Assembly (NCBI GenBank): GCA_030390025.1
Contig: CM059438.1
Location: 68,202,001-68,266,000, forward strand
DNA: 64,000 nucleotides
Source of the DNA: Squalus acanthias
Lineage: Eukaryota
Direction: 5' to 3'
Position numbers and translations under genes: made by a program. This document shows positions 1 through 11,200 of the stretch, one piece after another. Numbering within the stretch: position 1 is the first letter of the stretch; each line of letters begins with the position of its first letter. The notes under the pieces are model-generated. The model saw nothing but the letters and a program-made list of their open reading frames with translations. It was not told the DNA's origin and made no database searches.

Positions 1-396
1 CTTCACTTGATGCTGTACACCCATATGGCTGCCACATGATGCGCCAGGTTGGCACCACCCCACAGCAACACCATAAACCATCCCCATAATGACCATGCCA
101 TTCCTTTCACACTGACCCCCATTGCTGGAGGTACCGTTATGTCTCACCATTCACTGCAACTCACTAAGCCACTTCCAAAGGTGCACAAACATTTCTCCAA
201 GATGGGAAAGTGGTGAAAATAAAGATTTTTATGGTTGAGATCACATTAATGGAAACTTGACATTAACATTGAATAAAACACCCAAGTGGCCACCCTTGTG
301 AATCTACTTGTGTGCCAACTTTCTCTTCCGTGTACTTCTACGAGGTGCTACCCCTGTGGCTTCAGCAGAGGTAGAGGCAGCCTGCTCACTTCCCTG

Positions 397-2942
397 CTAC
401 GACTGCTTAGACACTCTTGACGGATGTCCTCTGGGTTTTGGAGCCTCTAATGGCCCCGTCAAAGTCTGCTCCTCCTGCAACTGTACAGGGGCAGACTCGG
501 CCATCGCAATCCCAGGAGGTACCTGGTGCTCTGACTGAGGGGGTGGCAATGGGGGAGAAGTGTGAGTGCTTTGAGAGGAGTCCACACTTCCATGTCCCCT
601 CTCACCATCACCCCTCTCATGGGCCACCCACACTTCCCTGCTGACAAGCAGCTGGAGAGCTCTTTGCTGCACAGCAGTGGGGCCCTGAGGACCCAAGTCT
701 ACACTGACATCCCTCCGAGAGAGGAGGTCTATGAGCCTCTCCCATCTATTCTCCATAGATAGCTTGTGCTCCTGTGAGTGGCACATTAGCTGCTCCATGC
801 AGGTGGCTGTCCTTTCCATGGAAGAGTCTAAAGTCGCCATCGCCTGCGACAAAATGGTACTCATGTTGGAAATGGACTCCTCCATTCTCTGCACATTTGC
901 AGACATCTTGGTGACAAAACCTGTCAGAGCCTCCTGCACTTCTTGCTACACCTCCAGGATCGCCCTCTTTCTGGATAGCTCCCTGAGGCTCAGTGTCTGC
1001 ATGCAGCTGAGCAGAGCTGGGAGCATCCTACGCCCTCCGACGAGGAGTCTCCACTGCTGTCCCTGTCTCCACCATCTGCTCTTGCTCACTTGTGACTTGT
1101 GAGACACCAGGTGACAACACTACTCTAGCTTGCGTGGGACCCACCGAGGTGTGCGTATGTGTGCTGGTGCTGGGTACGCTTATGTCTGGTGATGCTGCGC
1201 CCTCAGAGGCTGGAGGCTCCTCTGAAGAGTCGTCTTCCTCTTCCTCCTGTAAGTGTGGGGTAGGGGTGCTCTCGATGGACCTGTGGGGGGTTAAAGAGAT
1301 GAGTTAGATATGCCATGTGAAGAATGGGTACAGATACCATTATGCACATGATGATCATTCAGTGGCTGATGACATCAGTCCCATATGAGTGACCTGCTGT
1401 ATGCCATGTAGCTGTATGATATGTAATTCTGTCACTAGGTTGCTGAGATGTCCCCCTCTCTCCGTCTCCCACCTCCAGCTGCTCGGCGAATCCCGATACT
1501 TCCAACAGCAGCCTCCTCTGCTGCTGTTAAGGTGGCCAATGATGGAGGCCCACCTCCAGTTCTCTCCCACTCGCTCTCTTATTTTGGGCTCTCTTTTCCT
1601 GCAAGGAAGGAAAGAGAAGGTTGAGTGAGAGTGATGGAATGAGTGTAAGGAATGGATGGGTTACATCTTCAGAGGGTGACTATGATGGAGTGGGGTGGCA
1701 GTGCCAAGTTGCCTCCTTGTGTGTTGTTAGTTGGTATGATTGCATTAGGATGAGGCTGAGTGTGAGGGGTGACTAGTAAGATGGGGATGTGATAATGTAG
1801 ATAGAGAGAGAGGGATGGGTGGATATGTAAGGTATGTTGGTGTGAGTAGGGATGTTGTAAGAAATCATGGATTGAAAGAAATAATAGTCTGTTACGGGTT
1901 CCCTAGATCAGCAGTTTGCCTAAGTTGATGACACAGAAAGATTCCAGTCACGTCAGAAAAATAGCTGTACAGAGAGCTGAATTACAAGGTCAGAACACAA
2001 AAACAGGCCTTCGAGTGGGCATAACTGGGCCTGATACGGGATGTAGCAAGGAGCTGTAGGATAAACAAGCTGTCTACAAGAGGGCAACAAGACCTTTAGA
2101 ACAGAGATAAGGAGGAAAATGACCTCATGAGGCTGGGAGAGGGCTGTCATAGGTAGCCTCTCCCTTGTAATTGGACAATAGGATGGGGAACAAATGATTA
2201 ACACCAGGTAATCACCAGCCCACTGAAATAACTACAAATATAGACGACCGAAAGAGGAAATCAGGCAATTAGGGGCGAAGGCTTCCCCGAGGCAACTCCG
2301 GCCTAACACCTTGGTCAAGTTTAGCCTCTGAGGTGGCTGACGGCCTAACACCTCCAACAGCTCGAGGGATGACCCAACGGAAGTGACCGCTGCAGCAGAC
2401 TGCAGGAATCCACCAATCCGAGACCACCGCACTGCCTTCCCGTCCGTCCGGTCATGGCATTCCGATTCGGGAATCGTAGATCTCTCTCTACTGTCATGGG
2501 TTGTATGTCTATTATACTTAGCTTAAGCCACATGTAATATCTGATTATGCTTTAAAACTGTAGCTCTTAAATAAAAAGCCTTACAACTCCTAAGACCCTT
2601 TGGGTAATCTGTGTGTGACCTGTGATCCTAATCTTACAATGTGCAGGAGTAGGGTTGGGAAGGCAAAGTTATGGGGATGTGATGAGAGGTACAGCAGAAT
2701 GAAGTTGAGCATGGCTTTGTACTCACCTTTCCTGATCTAATGAGATCATTGAAACGTTTCCGGCATTGCACCCAGGTTCTCCTGAACACGTCCCTGCTGT
2801 TGACCTCCTCTGTAATTTGGAGCCAGGCTCTTTTTGTCTCCTGCGGAGGTCTCTTCCGCCCATCGGAAGGGAAGAGGACCACAAGCATATGGAGGGAGCA
2901 ATCGGAGAACTTGGGTGCTGCCCTCTGCCTCTGTGCAGTCAT
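397..2942 (-). pseudogene. Harbinger Myb/SANT-like DNA-binding protein gene, 3 exons, frameshifted
   Basis: Exon 1 2942-2727 (RQRAAPKFSD...AWLQITEEVNSR...RTWVQCRKRFNDL) ends at AAG|GTGAGT. Exon 2 starts at 1598 after TTGCAG (EKRAQN..ERTGGGPP, with a frameshift). Exon 3 starts near 1280 after CCACAG and includes ORF 397-939. Confidence 0.8.
1856..2638 (+). mobile_element. Solo LTR (783 bp) inserted in intron 1 of the Myb/SANT gene
   Basis: TGTAAGA...TCTTACA inverted termini, 4-bp TSD ATGT (1852-1855 and 2639-2642), AATAAA near 2570. The paralog near 45586 lacks the insert. Confidence 0.85.
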
Positions 2943-3963
2943 GTTTCCAAGTGTTTCGAACAGTCAAAACCTCCAGTGCAGTGACTGCACACTCCTAGAT
3001 GAACCTTCAAATGCAATGTGGCCATGGCTCCTTTAAACCTACTGGCTGAACACGCGCCATGGATGACGTCATCAGACCCGCGCCACTTAATTGATCCAGG
3101 TAACGCGCTGGGCGGGCTTAATAGGCCCCATTGATGCAAAATCGATTTCTGGAGCAGGATGGAAGCAGCAACGGGGTCGCGACCCGCCACGTCAACCGCC
3201 CGCACCCAACCCGCCCAGGTACAGAAAATTCCTGCCATAGACTGCACTACCATTTCCAGTTTTTATTTATTTATTAGTATTAACTGAGCTCTAGTTAGAA
3301 TACAATTACTTGCGATCTAGATTATATTTAATAGATGACTTTAGCTTGACTTCAGATTAATTTGTAGCTAATTAGCCTTTTTTTTGTTTATTAATTTCTT
3401 CATTTTGTTACTTCCTTAATTATTATTTATTATTTATGTGTACCAGATTTTAATTTAATAAAATTCAGAGGGGGAGAAATTTGGCATGTTAGTGCCCCGC
3501 GTTAGCGCCTGGGGGGTGCGCTAATGAGGCGCTAACGGGTTTGCGGCGGGGCGCAGGCAAATCCAATACCGCACGTGAAATTCGCCCAGGATTTAGCGCT
3601 GCCACTAACATTTAGCGCCTAGGCCTTTAGCGGCTCCCAGATCGTGACGTCACTGACTTTGGAACGCCCCGTTAACGGCCCAGGTGCAAAATTGACGTTG
3701 GCCCCCTGCCTTAGCGCCTGGCCTGAACAACGGCAGGAAGAGGAGGCGTGTTGCATTCGGATGGCCGCTGTAGAAAAGTATTTAAAGGGATCAACATTCG
3801 GTTTCATTTTAGTTGCCAATCAATGCTGCCTGCTCAGTGTCACAGAGCGGAACTGCCGTTTTCAGTGAGATGAACGTTTGTAACTTTCAGAAGTGTTCTG
3901 CCAGCTAAAAGTTTGTCAGTTTTATTCTGCTAACATTTGGAAGTCCTACACTTGGTTACGTTA

Positions 3964-5953
3964 ATGGGGGTTGTACTGGCACTCGACCGTGCCCTCCAGC
4001 ATCAACATAGGAGGCAGCAGAGGCAGATTCAAAGATTGAAAAATGTGGCCAGAGTGAGGAGGGCCAACAGGGCTCTCAACAGGAGGCCTTACCCTCCCAG
4101 GGTATTCCGACATCAATCTCACTGAGGAGCAGTGTCTTAGAAGGCTCCGCTTCACCAAGGAAGGTGGTCACAGAGCTCTGCCACCTCCTGCAGCCAGCCC
4201 TCGAGCCTCACATCAGGACAACCACGGTTCTCTCAGTGGCAGTCACGGTCACCGTTGCCCTCAATTTCTATGCCAGCGGATCCTTCCAGTCTGCAGCAGG
4301 AGACAGATCTAACATCTCGCAGTTCGCCGTCCATTGCTGCATCCGGGAGATCATGGAGGCTCTCTACAGAAGGAGAAGGAATTACATTTCCTTCCCCATC
4401 ACCAGAAAGAAGCAGCGCGAGCATGCTTTGCCAGGATTAGCGTGCTTCCCCATGGTGCAGGGCACCATTGACTGCACCCACGTCACTTTGTGGGCACCCT
4501 GTAACAATCCTGAGGTCTTCTGTAACCGCAAAGGCTGCCACTCACTTAATGTTCAGTTGTGTGCGACCACAGACAGTGAATCCTCACCATCAATGCCCGC
4601 TATCCTGGCAGCCGCCACGATACCTTTATCCTGCACTCTTCCAGCCACCATGTCAAGCTTGCGGCAGACTGCTGGGAGACAAGGGCAATCCGCTCTCCAC
4701 CTGGCTCATGACTCGCCTCCGCAACCCCAGCACTCGTGCCCAACACTCATACAATGTGAGACATGCTGCCACCAGGAACATCATTGAGCAGACTATCCGA
4801 GTGCTCAAGCAATGGTTCCGCTGCCTTGACCACTCGGGAGGAGCCCTCCAGTACTCGGCTGAGCGGGTGTCCTTTTTCATCGTCGTCTGCTGCATGCTGC
4901 ACAACTTGGCCATCATGTGGGCCCAGCCATTGCCAGCAGGCATAGCAGGACCACCTCAAGAGGAGGAAGAGGGAGAGGAGGAGGAGGAGGGTGAGGAGGA
5001 GGAGCAAGAGGACATAGAAAGGCTAGCAGAATGGGCAGACAAGTTGCAGATGGAATTTAACACAGAGAAGTGTGAGGTGATGCATTTTGGCAGAAGGAAC
5101 AGGGAGAGGCAATATACACTTAATGGCACAGTTTTAAATAGTGTGCTGGGACAGAGGGACCTGGGAGTTAATTTGCATAGGTCCCTGAAGGTGGCAGGAC
5201 ATACTGAGAGAGTGGTTAGCAAATTATATGGGATCTTGGGCTTCATAAATAGAGGTATTGAGTACAAAAGTAGAGAAGTTATGCTGAACCTTTATAAAGC
5301 GCTGGTTAGGCCACAACTGGAGTATTGCGTCCAGTTCTGGTCACCACACTTTAGGAAAGATGTGAAGGCCCTTGAGAGGGTGCAGAACAGATTTACCAGA
5401 ATGGTTCCGGGGATGGGGGATCTTAGCTACAGGTTGGAGAAGCTGGATTTGTTTTCATTAGAGCAAAGGAGGTTGAGGGGTGATTTGATAGAGGTGTACA
5501 AGATTATGATGGGTTTAGATAGGCCAGACGGGGAAAGGCTGTTCCCACTAGTTGATGATACAAGGACTAGGGGACACAGATTTAAGGTTTTGGGCAAGAG
5601 ATACAGGGGGGATGTGAGGAAAAACTTTTTTACGCAGTTAGTGGTGAGGACTTGGAACTCGCTGCCGATGGAAGTGGTGGAAGCGGAGACACTCAATGTT
5701 TTCAAGGGGAGACTGGATAGGCACATGAAGGAAATAAACTTGCAGGGCTACGGGAATAGAGCAGAGGAATGGGACTGACTGGATTGCTCTACAGAGAGCC
5801 AGCACGGACTCGATGGGCCGAATGGCCTCCTTCTGTGCCGTTATGACTCTGTGACTCTAGGAGGAGTAACAGCAGCGAGGGAGGAGGCAGCCACTCAATC
5901 GGCCTTCTGGAAGGGCGGTCCATGACCACCTCCTAAGACTGTGGTTCCAATAA
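3964..5953 (+). pseudogene. Harbinger (HARBI1-like) DDE transposase, several frameshifts, CR1 inserted near its 3' end
   Basis: Motifs spread over several frames: RRPYPPRVFR, ALNFYASGSFQ, GTIDCTHV, NRKGCHSLNVQ, LLGDKG, HAATRNIIEQTIRVLKQWFRCLD, CCMLHN, then an acidic tail. Confidence 0.9.
5005..5858 (+). mobile_element. 5'-truncated CR1 LINE (RT C-terminal region and 3' UTR)
   Basis: QEDIERLAEWADKLQMEFNTEKCEVMHFG...RRLRGDLIEVYK...TRGH; tail ATGACTCT/GTGACTCT; flanked by AGGAGGAG at 4997-5004 and 5859-5866. Confidence 0.93.
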
Positions 5954-6101
5954 ATTCTACCCCACATCCCGGTTGCTCACCACAGCCCCATCATTCCATC
6001 CAATTCGCATGTCATATCGCAGCGCAAAGCTGGAATGAGAAACAGCACAAGTTCTGATAAATAACATTAATTAATTTATCCACATTCAGAAATCACATAT
6101 A

Positions 6102-8271
6102 CAGGAATCCCGCCCCAACTGCGGTTTTGCCATACGCGGATTTCACGTATACACGGTTTCCTCTCTGCGACAATTTTTGCCAACCGCGGCAGTGAATTTT
6201 GCGTATACGCGGTTTTTAATTTTCAAGTTTCACGGGTCGCGCTTCCAAACACGAGACTGCATTCATCCGAGCCGCTCTTTTCAGCATAATTACTACCACG
6301 CGTGGTCTTGCTCCACTTGTGGATATACTGCACCTGTACTGTGTGTGTGTGAACGTTTAGACCTTAATCAAGGCCCCTAAGCGTAATCTCAGTGGTAAAG
6401 GTGAATCAATAGCGAAAAGGACAAGGAATGTACTAACCTTAGATAGGAAATTAGATGTCGTTAATAGACTTGCTCGTGGTGAAAGTACAGCGTCGGTTGG
6501 ACGACTAATGGGGGTTAACGAGTCCACCATTAGAACCATAAAAAAAAGTGAGGTGTCGATAAGGGCTAGTATTGCAGGTGGCTCTTCAAAAAGTGCTGAA
6601 GTGTCGTTTATGCCACGGGACCATAAGCTTGAAAAAATGGAGAAGGCACTTAATATCTGGTTGGAAGACCAGAACCAGAAAAAAGCGAATGTTAATTCTG
6701 CATGGGTACGTAAGAAGGCCCTTAGTATCTACTAGCATCTTACTGCGGCTGCCGGGGAAAGTGTAGATGACATAAGTTTCAAGCGAGTAAGGGCTGGTTG
6801 GAAAATTTTAAGAAGAGGCTCGCCTTGACTAACCTCAAGGTTGTGGGGGAATCGGCCTCAGCCGATCACGAGGCCGCTGCCAAGTTCCCGGAGGAGCTGA
6901 AGAAGTTGATCGCCGAGAAGGGTTACCTGCCGGAGCAGATATTTAATGCGCATGAGACTGGTCTCTTCTGGAAGCGGATGCCTTCCCGAACTTTCATCGC
7001 GAAGGCTGAGAAGCATGCTTTGGGATTCAAGGTGGCTAAGGAAAGGATGACCCTTCTCCTTTGTGCTAACGCCGAGGGAGACTGTTTAGTGAAGCCGATG
7101 CTGCTCTACCGCTCTCTGAATCCCCGCGCTCTGAAGGGCAAAAACAAAAACTATCTACCTGTCTTTTGGCGTTCTAACTGCAAGGCGTGGGTTACTGCTG
7201 CAGTCTTCATGGACTGGTTTCATAACTGTTTTGTGCATGACGTGGAGCGGTACCTTGCGAGAGAAAATCTGGCCTTCAAGGTCCTACTCATCTTCGACAA
7301 TGCCCCCGGCCACCCGCCAGCACTCCAATTCACCCACCCTAATATCAAAGTCGTCTTCCTGCCTCCCAACATGACATCACTCCTTCAACCCATGGACCAA
7401 GGTGTGATAGCCACCTTCAAGGCATACTACATTCGACGCAGCTTTGACCGCATGATGGAGGCTATGGAGGATGACGCAACACTGACGGTGAAAACTTGCT
7501 GGAAGGATTACACCATCGCTGACTGCATCACCAACATAAAAGAATCGATGGATGAACTGAAGAGGATGACAATCAACGCCTGCTGGGGTAAACTTTGGAA
7601 GGAGGCAGTGAATGACTTCCGAGGCTTCCCTACAGTTGACGCTGAAGTTCAGCGCATTGTGAAGGTTGCGCGACGTTTGGGAGGCGAGGGGCTGGCCGAC
7701 ATACGGCCTGATGACATCAAGGAGCTCCTTGAGTTGCACGGCGAGGAGTTGACGGAGGAGGACCTTGATGAGCTGATACAGCATTCTAGTGAGGCAGAGG
7801 ACGAGGACGAGGATATGGTGGAGAAGTCGAAGATGAGAAGTGCCAACCTTAGCAAGGCAATGCTCCTTGCCAATAATCTCTCGGACCTCTTTATGGAGAT
7901 TGACCCATTCTTGGAGCGTAGTTTAAAATTCAAGCGAGGATTGGAGGATTTAATGAGACCGTACAAGCAGGTCCAGAAGGATATTCAGAAAAAAATGAGT
8001 CAACCATCCATCGCAGAATTCTTTAAGAAACCGCCCAGTTGATCTTTTTTATTGTGTTATTTGAACATTTATTGTTTTTGTTAGGTTATTGTGTATTTTA
8101 TTTGTGTTTATTAAAAGAACAAGCAACTTACATAGGCTCTGACGAGTGTAAATGCGGCCGCGTTCCCCCTAACCCCATTTTTCCCATAGGGTCTTATATT
8201 TGCCAACCACGGTTTTACCAACCACGGGGGTTTTCAGGGACGTATCCCCCGCGGTTGGGGAGGGATCCCTG
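6102..8271 (+). mobile_element. Tigger/pogo (Tc1-mariner superfamily) DNA transposon nested in Harbinger B
   Basis: 23-bp TIRs CAGGAATCCCGCCCCAACTGCGG / CAGGGATCCCTCCCCAACCGCGG, TA TSD, internal transposase. Confidence 0.95.
6370..8042 (+). pseudogene. Tigger/pogo transposase (CENP-B-type HTH plus DDE_1 domain), disrupted
   Basis: Probable start ATG reads AAG at 6370 (xAPKRN...TLDRKLDVV). TAG at 6733 and a frameshift near 6782. The first catalytic Asp reads His (IFNAHETGLFW); FDNAPGH and LLQPMDQG are retained. Confidence 0.92.
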
Positions 8272-8339
8272 TATACAACAACAATATTAACTAATCAACC
8301 CTTGTGCAAACCCTTACTTCCCCTCTTTACAGTCCCTTT

Positions 8340-10180
8340 TCCTAATCTACTGCTCCTATGCAGTCTGTGCCCAATGGCTGCAGCAGGGCTGGTGGAAGGC
8401 TGCTGAGTTTTGGTCCCAGAAACTACAGATGGCCTTGCAGGACGCCCTCGACCAGCTCTGGGCCTGGAAGGCCCGGCTGTAAACTACGCCACCTCAGGAT
8501 GGACAGCGGCAGTCTGGGCTGGCTGGATGACAGGCAGCGACAAGGGCAATGACGGAGTGGCAGTGGTGGGTGCAGAAATGCTGTCATCCTGAGAGAGGAC
8601 AGCAGGTTCCTGCTCGACTGACGCACTGCCACTCCCCCGGGGCAGCACCTCAGCATCCCCAGCAATCTGCTGGAGCACAGGTTGCTGGCCTGCTGCGACA
8701 CCATGAGATCCACAGGTGGACTGTGGTGGACCCAGCGACGATGGCAGCAGTCAGAGCTTTCATGGCATCAAGTTGGGACTGCATGAGAGTAGTTTGCGAC
8801 TCGATGGCAGCAATCATTGACTGCATTACAGCACTAAGACGTTGCGTAGCTTCTGCCTGTGATGCAATGGCTGCTGCCACATCACCCATGACACGCGGCA
8901 TGAGATCTGAGCCCCTAAGGTCTCTCAGGGAGACCACCATCCTTTGCAGACTGCCAGGATGGACTCCATGGTGTGCGCAGAGCTCAGTGTAATGTTGGAG
9001 GTGGACTCCTTCACGCTCCTTACCATTACCGACAGGCTCTCGGGCACCCTTGCCATTGCACCTATCATCTCCATGTGCATGCCCATCACCCTTCTTGTGA
9101 ATGCCTCCCCATCGAGGTCCTCATCTGAGTCGTGTGCAGCAGAACTCGCCCTCCAGGGAGCTGGCTCCTGAGCTACCCTTCCCCCTGGCCTTGCTGTAGC
9201 CCGCTCATCTCCGGAGCATCACCCTGTGCAGACCCCTCTACTAAACTTGCCTCTAAAGATCGCGTAGTGACAGTATCTGAGCTGGTGCCTGCATGTGAGA
9301 CATGCAGTGATGCAGTGTGTTCTTCCTCCTCCTCTTCTTCCGCCTCACTCTCTCTGGGAGGCTCAGGGATAGGCTGGTCAGCTGGTTGCTGATTACCTGA
9401 AAGCATAAAGGCATAAGACTCGCATTAAGGTGAGGGCAGGTGGGCAGGAATGGAGCAAGGAATGCAGACAGTATGATGAGCTGGAAAGTGGGAAAGGCTT
9501 GTGGTGTGAGGGGGAAGTGGGATGAGAGAAGGAGAGGGATGAACATACCGTCGTTGTCCCCAAGGGGGTCAATGTCGCCGGCGGCCACGACACCCACCAC
9601 CTGGCGCCCAATGACTCTCAGCACTCGCTCCTCCAGGTCTGTAACTGTTCGATGTCCACTTCACCCCCGCTTGTGCATTCCTGCTCCCTCCTATTGTGGC
9701 ACAGCTTGGCCTGCAAGAGAAAGGAAAGTGTGTGAGTGAGTGTGCAGCTATGTGTTTGGGAGATGTGCCTGCCATAGTTGAATAGCAGTGATTGTAGGCA
9801 AGGCGTGAGATGTGGATGTGAGATTTAGTAGGTGGAGATGCTTCATGGGTGAGTGTTGGGGATGTGGTGGTTTGTGCAGTGTATACAGACTGAGGTTCAG
9901 ATGCTGGTATGTAGGACTCGTTGAAGCATGTACTCACCTTGACCACCCGAGAGAGGTCGTTGAATTTTTTACGGCACTGTGTGAGGGTCCTGATGACCAC
10001 ACTGCTGGCCGAGACGTCCTGGGCCACTTCCTTCGACATTGCCCTGAAGACCTGGGGCAATGGCCCCCTGCCAGTGGCAAGGAACAGCACTGCCCCCCTT
10101 CTTTCGACTGCCGCGACCAATGCCACCAATGCCTGGTCGTTGAAATGGCGAGCTCTCTCCTTGGGACTGGGATCAGCCAT
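8340..10180 (-). pseudogene. Harbinger Myb/SANT-like gene of copy B, 3 exons, disrupted
   Basis: Exon 1 10180-9938 (RARHFND...RTLTQCRKKFNDLSRVVK) ends at AAG|GTGAGT. Exon 2 9710-9549 (TTGCAG acceptor, GTATGT donor, 1-bp frameshift). Exon 3 from 9396 (TTTCAG acceptor) contains stops. The 3' end is approximate. Confidence 0.85.
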
Positions 10181-10341
10181 GAGGATAAGAGGTGTAGCTG
10201 TTGAATTGCTTGGGGGTCACCTTCAGAGCCAGCAATGTTGAGAATGAGGTTGTGCAGACTGATTGAACCTCCCCTTGAAGAACTGGAAGGAGCCAGTGTG
10301 AATGATGAGTCCTGATTGGACTACACCTGAAATTGATTATT

Positions 10342-10780
10342 GCTCTGCCGGTAGCGCCCCGCTCTCTATGTGTAGCGCCCCGCTCTCTGCGGGTAGCGCC
10401 CCGCTCTCTGTGTGTAGCGCCCCGCTCTCTGCGGGTAGCGCCCCGCTCTCTGTGTGTAGCGCCCCGCTCTCTGCGGGTAGCGCCGCGCTCTCTGTGTGTA
10501 GCGCCCCGCTCTCTGTGTGTAGCACCCCGCTCTCTGCAGGTAGTGCCCCGCTCTCTGTGTGTAGTGCCCCGCTCTCTGCCGGTAGCACCCCGCTCTCTGT
10601 GTGTAGTGTCCCGCTCTCTACGGGTAGCACCCCGCTCTCTGTGTGTAGTGCCCTGCTCTCTACAGGTAGCACCCCGCTCTCTGTGTGTAGCGCCCCGCTC
10701 TCTGCGGGTAGCACCCCGCTCTCTGTGTGTAGCGCCCCGCTCTCTACGGGTAGCGCTCCGCTCTCTGTGTGTAACGCCCT
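10342..10780. repeat. 21-bp minisatellite, about 21 copies, with partial 42-bp higher-order alternation
   Basis: GTAGCGCCCCGCTCTCTGTGT mostly alternating with GTAGCGCCCCGCTCTCTGCGG. Confidence 0.97.
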
Positions 10781-10950
10781 AAGTTAGCTGATTATCGCTT
10801 GATTTAGTGCTACAGTTCTTTCTTGGAGCGCTAACAATCAATTGAGCGGGAGGTCAGAAGCATTAGCGCTAACTCTGCAACTTTTTAAAATTTAGCGCCC
10901 CAATCGGGGCGATATCGAATTTCTTCCCCAGAATCATTTAATGTTAGTAC

Positions 10951-11007
10951 TTAAACACTTGACTTAATTATATAAATATAATGCATTAAACACTTGACTT
11001 AATTATA
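10951..11007. repeat. Short direct duplication (about 22 bp, 2 copies)
   Basis: TTAAACACTTGACTTAATTATA at 10951 and 10986. Confidence 0.85.
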
Positions 11008-11083
11008 TGATAAATCAAACACGTAGCTGTACTTCCTCGGGCTCCACCACTCATCTGACGTCACTTTTGCAGATTCAGATTTT

Positions 11084-11200
11084 TTTATACTCTCAGTCTC
11101 CGCTCTCACCACTTTATACTCTGGGTCTCCACTCTCGGCCCTTCATACTCGGAATCTCCACTCTCACCGCTTTATATTCTGGGTCTCCGCTCTTACCGCT
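11084..11200. repeat. 29-bp tandem repeat, 4 diverged copies
   Basis: Consensus about TTTATACTCTGGGTCTCCRCTCTCACCRC. Confidence 0.85.

Larger units (their letters stand above)
1..3236. mobile_element. PIF/Harbinger DNA transposon, copy A (left part lies outside the window)
   Basis: Contains a Myb/SANT-like gene on the minus strand. Ends in AAAATTCCTGCC (reverse complement GGCAGGAATTTT), matching the termini of other Harbinger-type elements here. Homologous to 45150-46213. Confidence 0.8.
3470..10929. mobile_element. PIF/Harbinger DNA transposon, copy B, complete in layout but decayed
   Basis: TIRs GGGGGAGAAATT / GGGGAAGAAATT, 3-bp TSD AGA, GC-rich subtermini with repeated TTAGCGCC, and convergent transposase and Myb/SANT genes. 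Confidence 0.92.

Noticed and set aside
3964..5004. Possible host HARBI1 gene
   Set aside because: Multiply frameshifted, bounded by TIRs and a TSD, and paired with a Myb/SANT gene, so it is a transposon copy and not the domesticated gene.
6798..8042. 414-aa ORF as an intact TIGD/JRK-like host gene
   Set aside because: It lies between TIRs with a TA TSD, is cut off from its HTH domain by a stop and frameshift, opens at TTG, and has the first catalytic Asp replaced.
10302..10787. Overlapping repetitive ORFs (SAPLSVC, VAPRSL, ESGAL) and CRISPR-like periodicity
   Set aside because: A stop-free 21-bp tandem unit opens several frames automatically. The units are contiguous with no unique spacers, and no cas genes are present.
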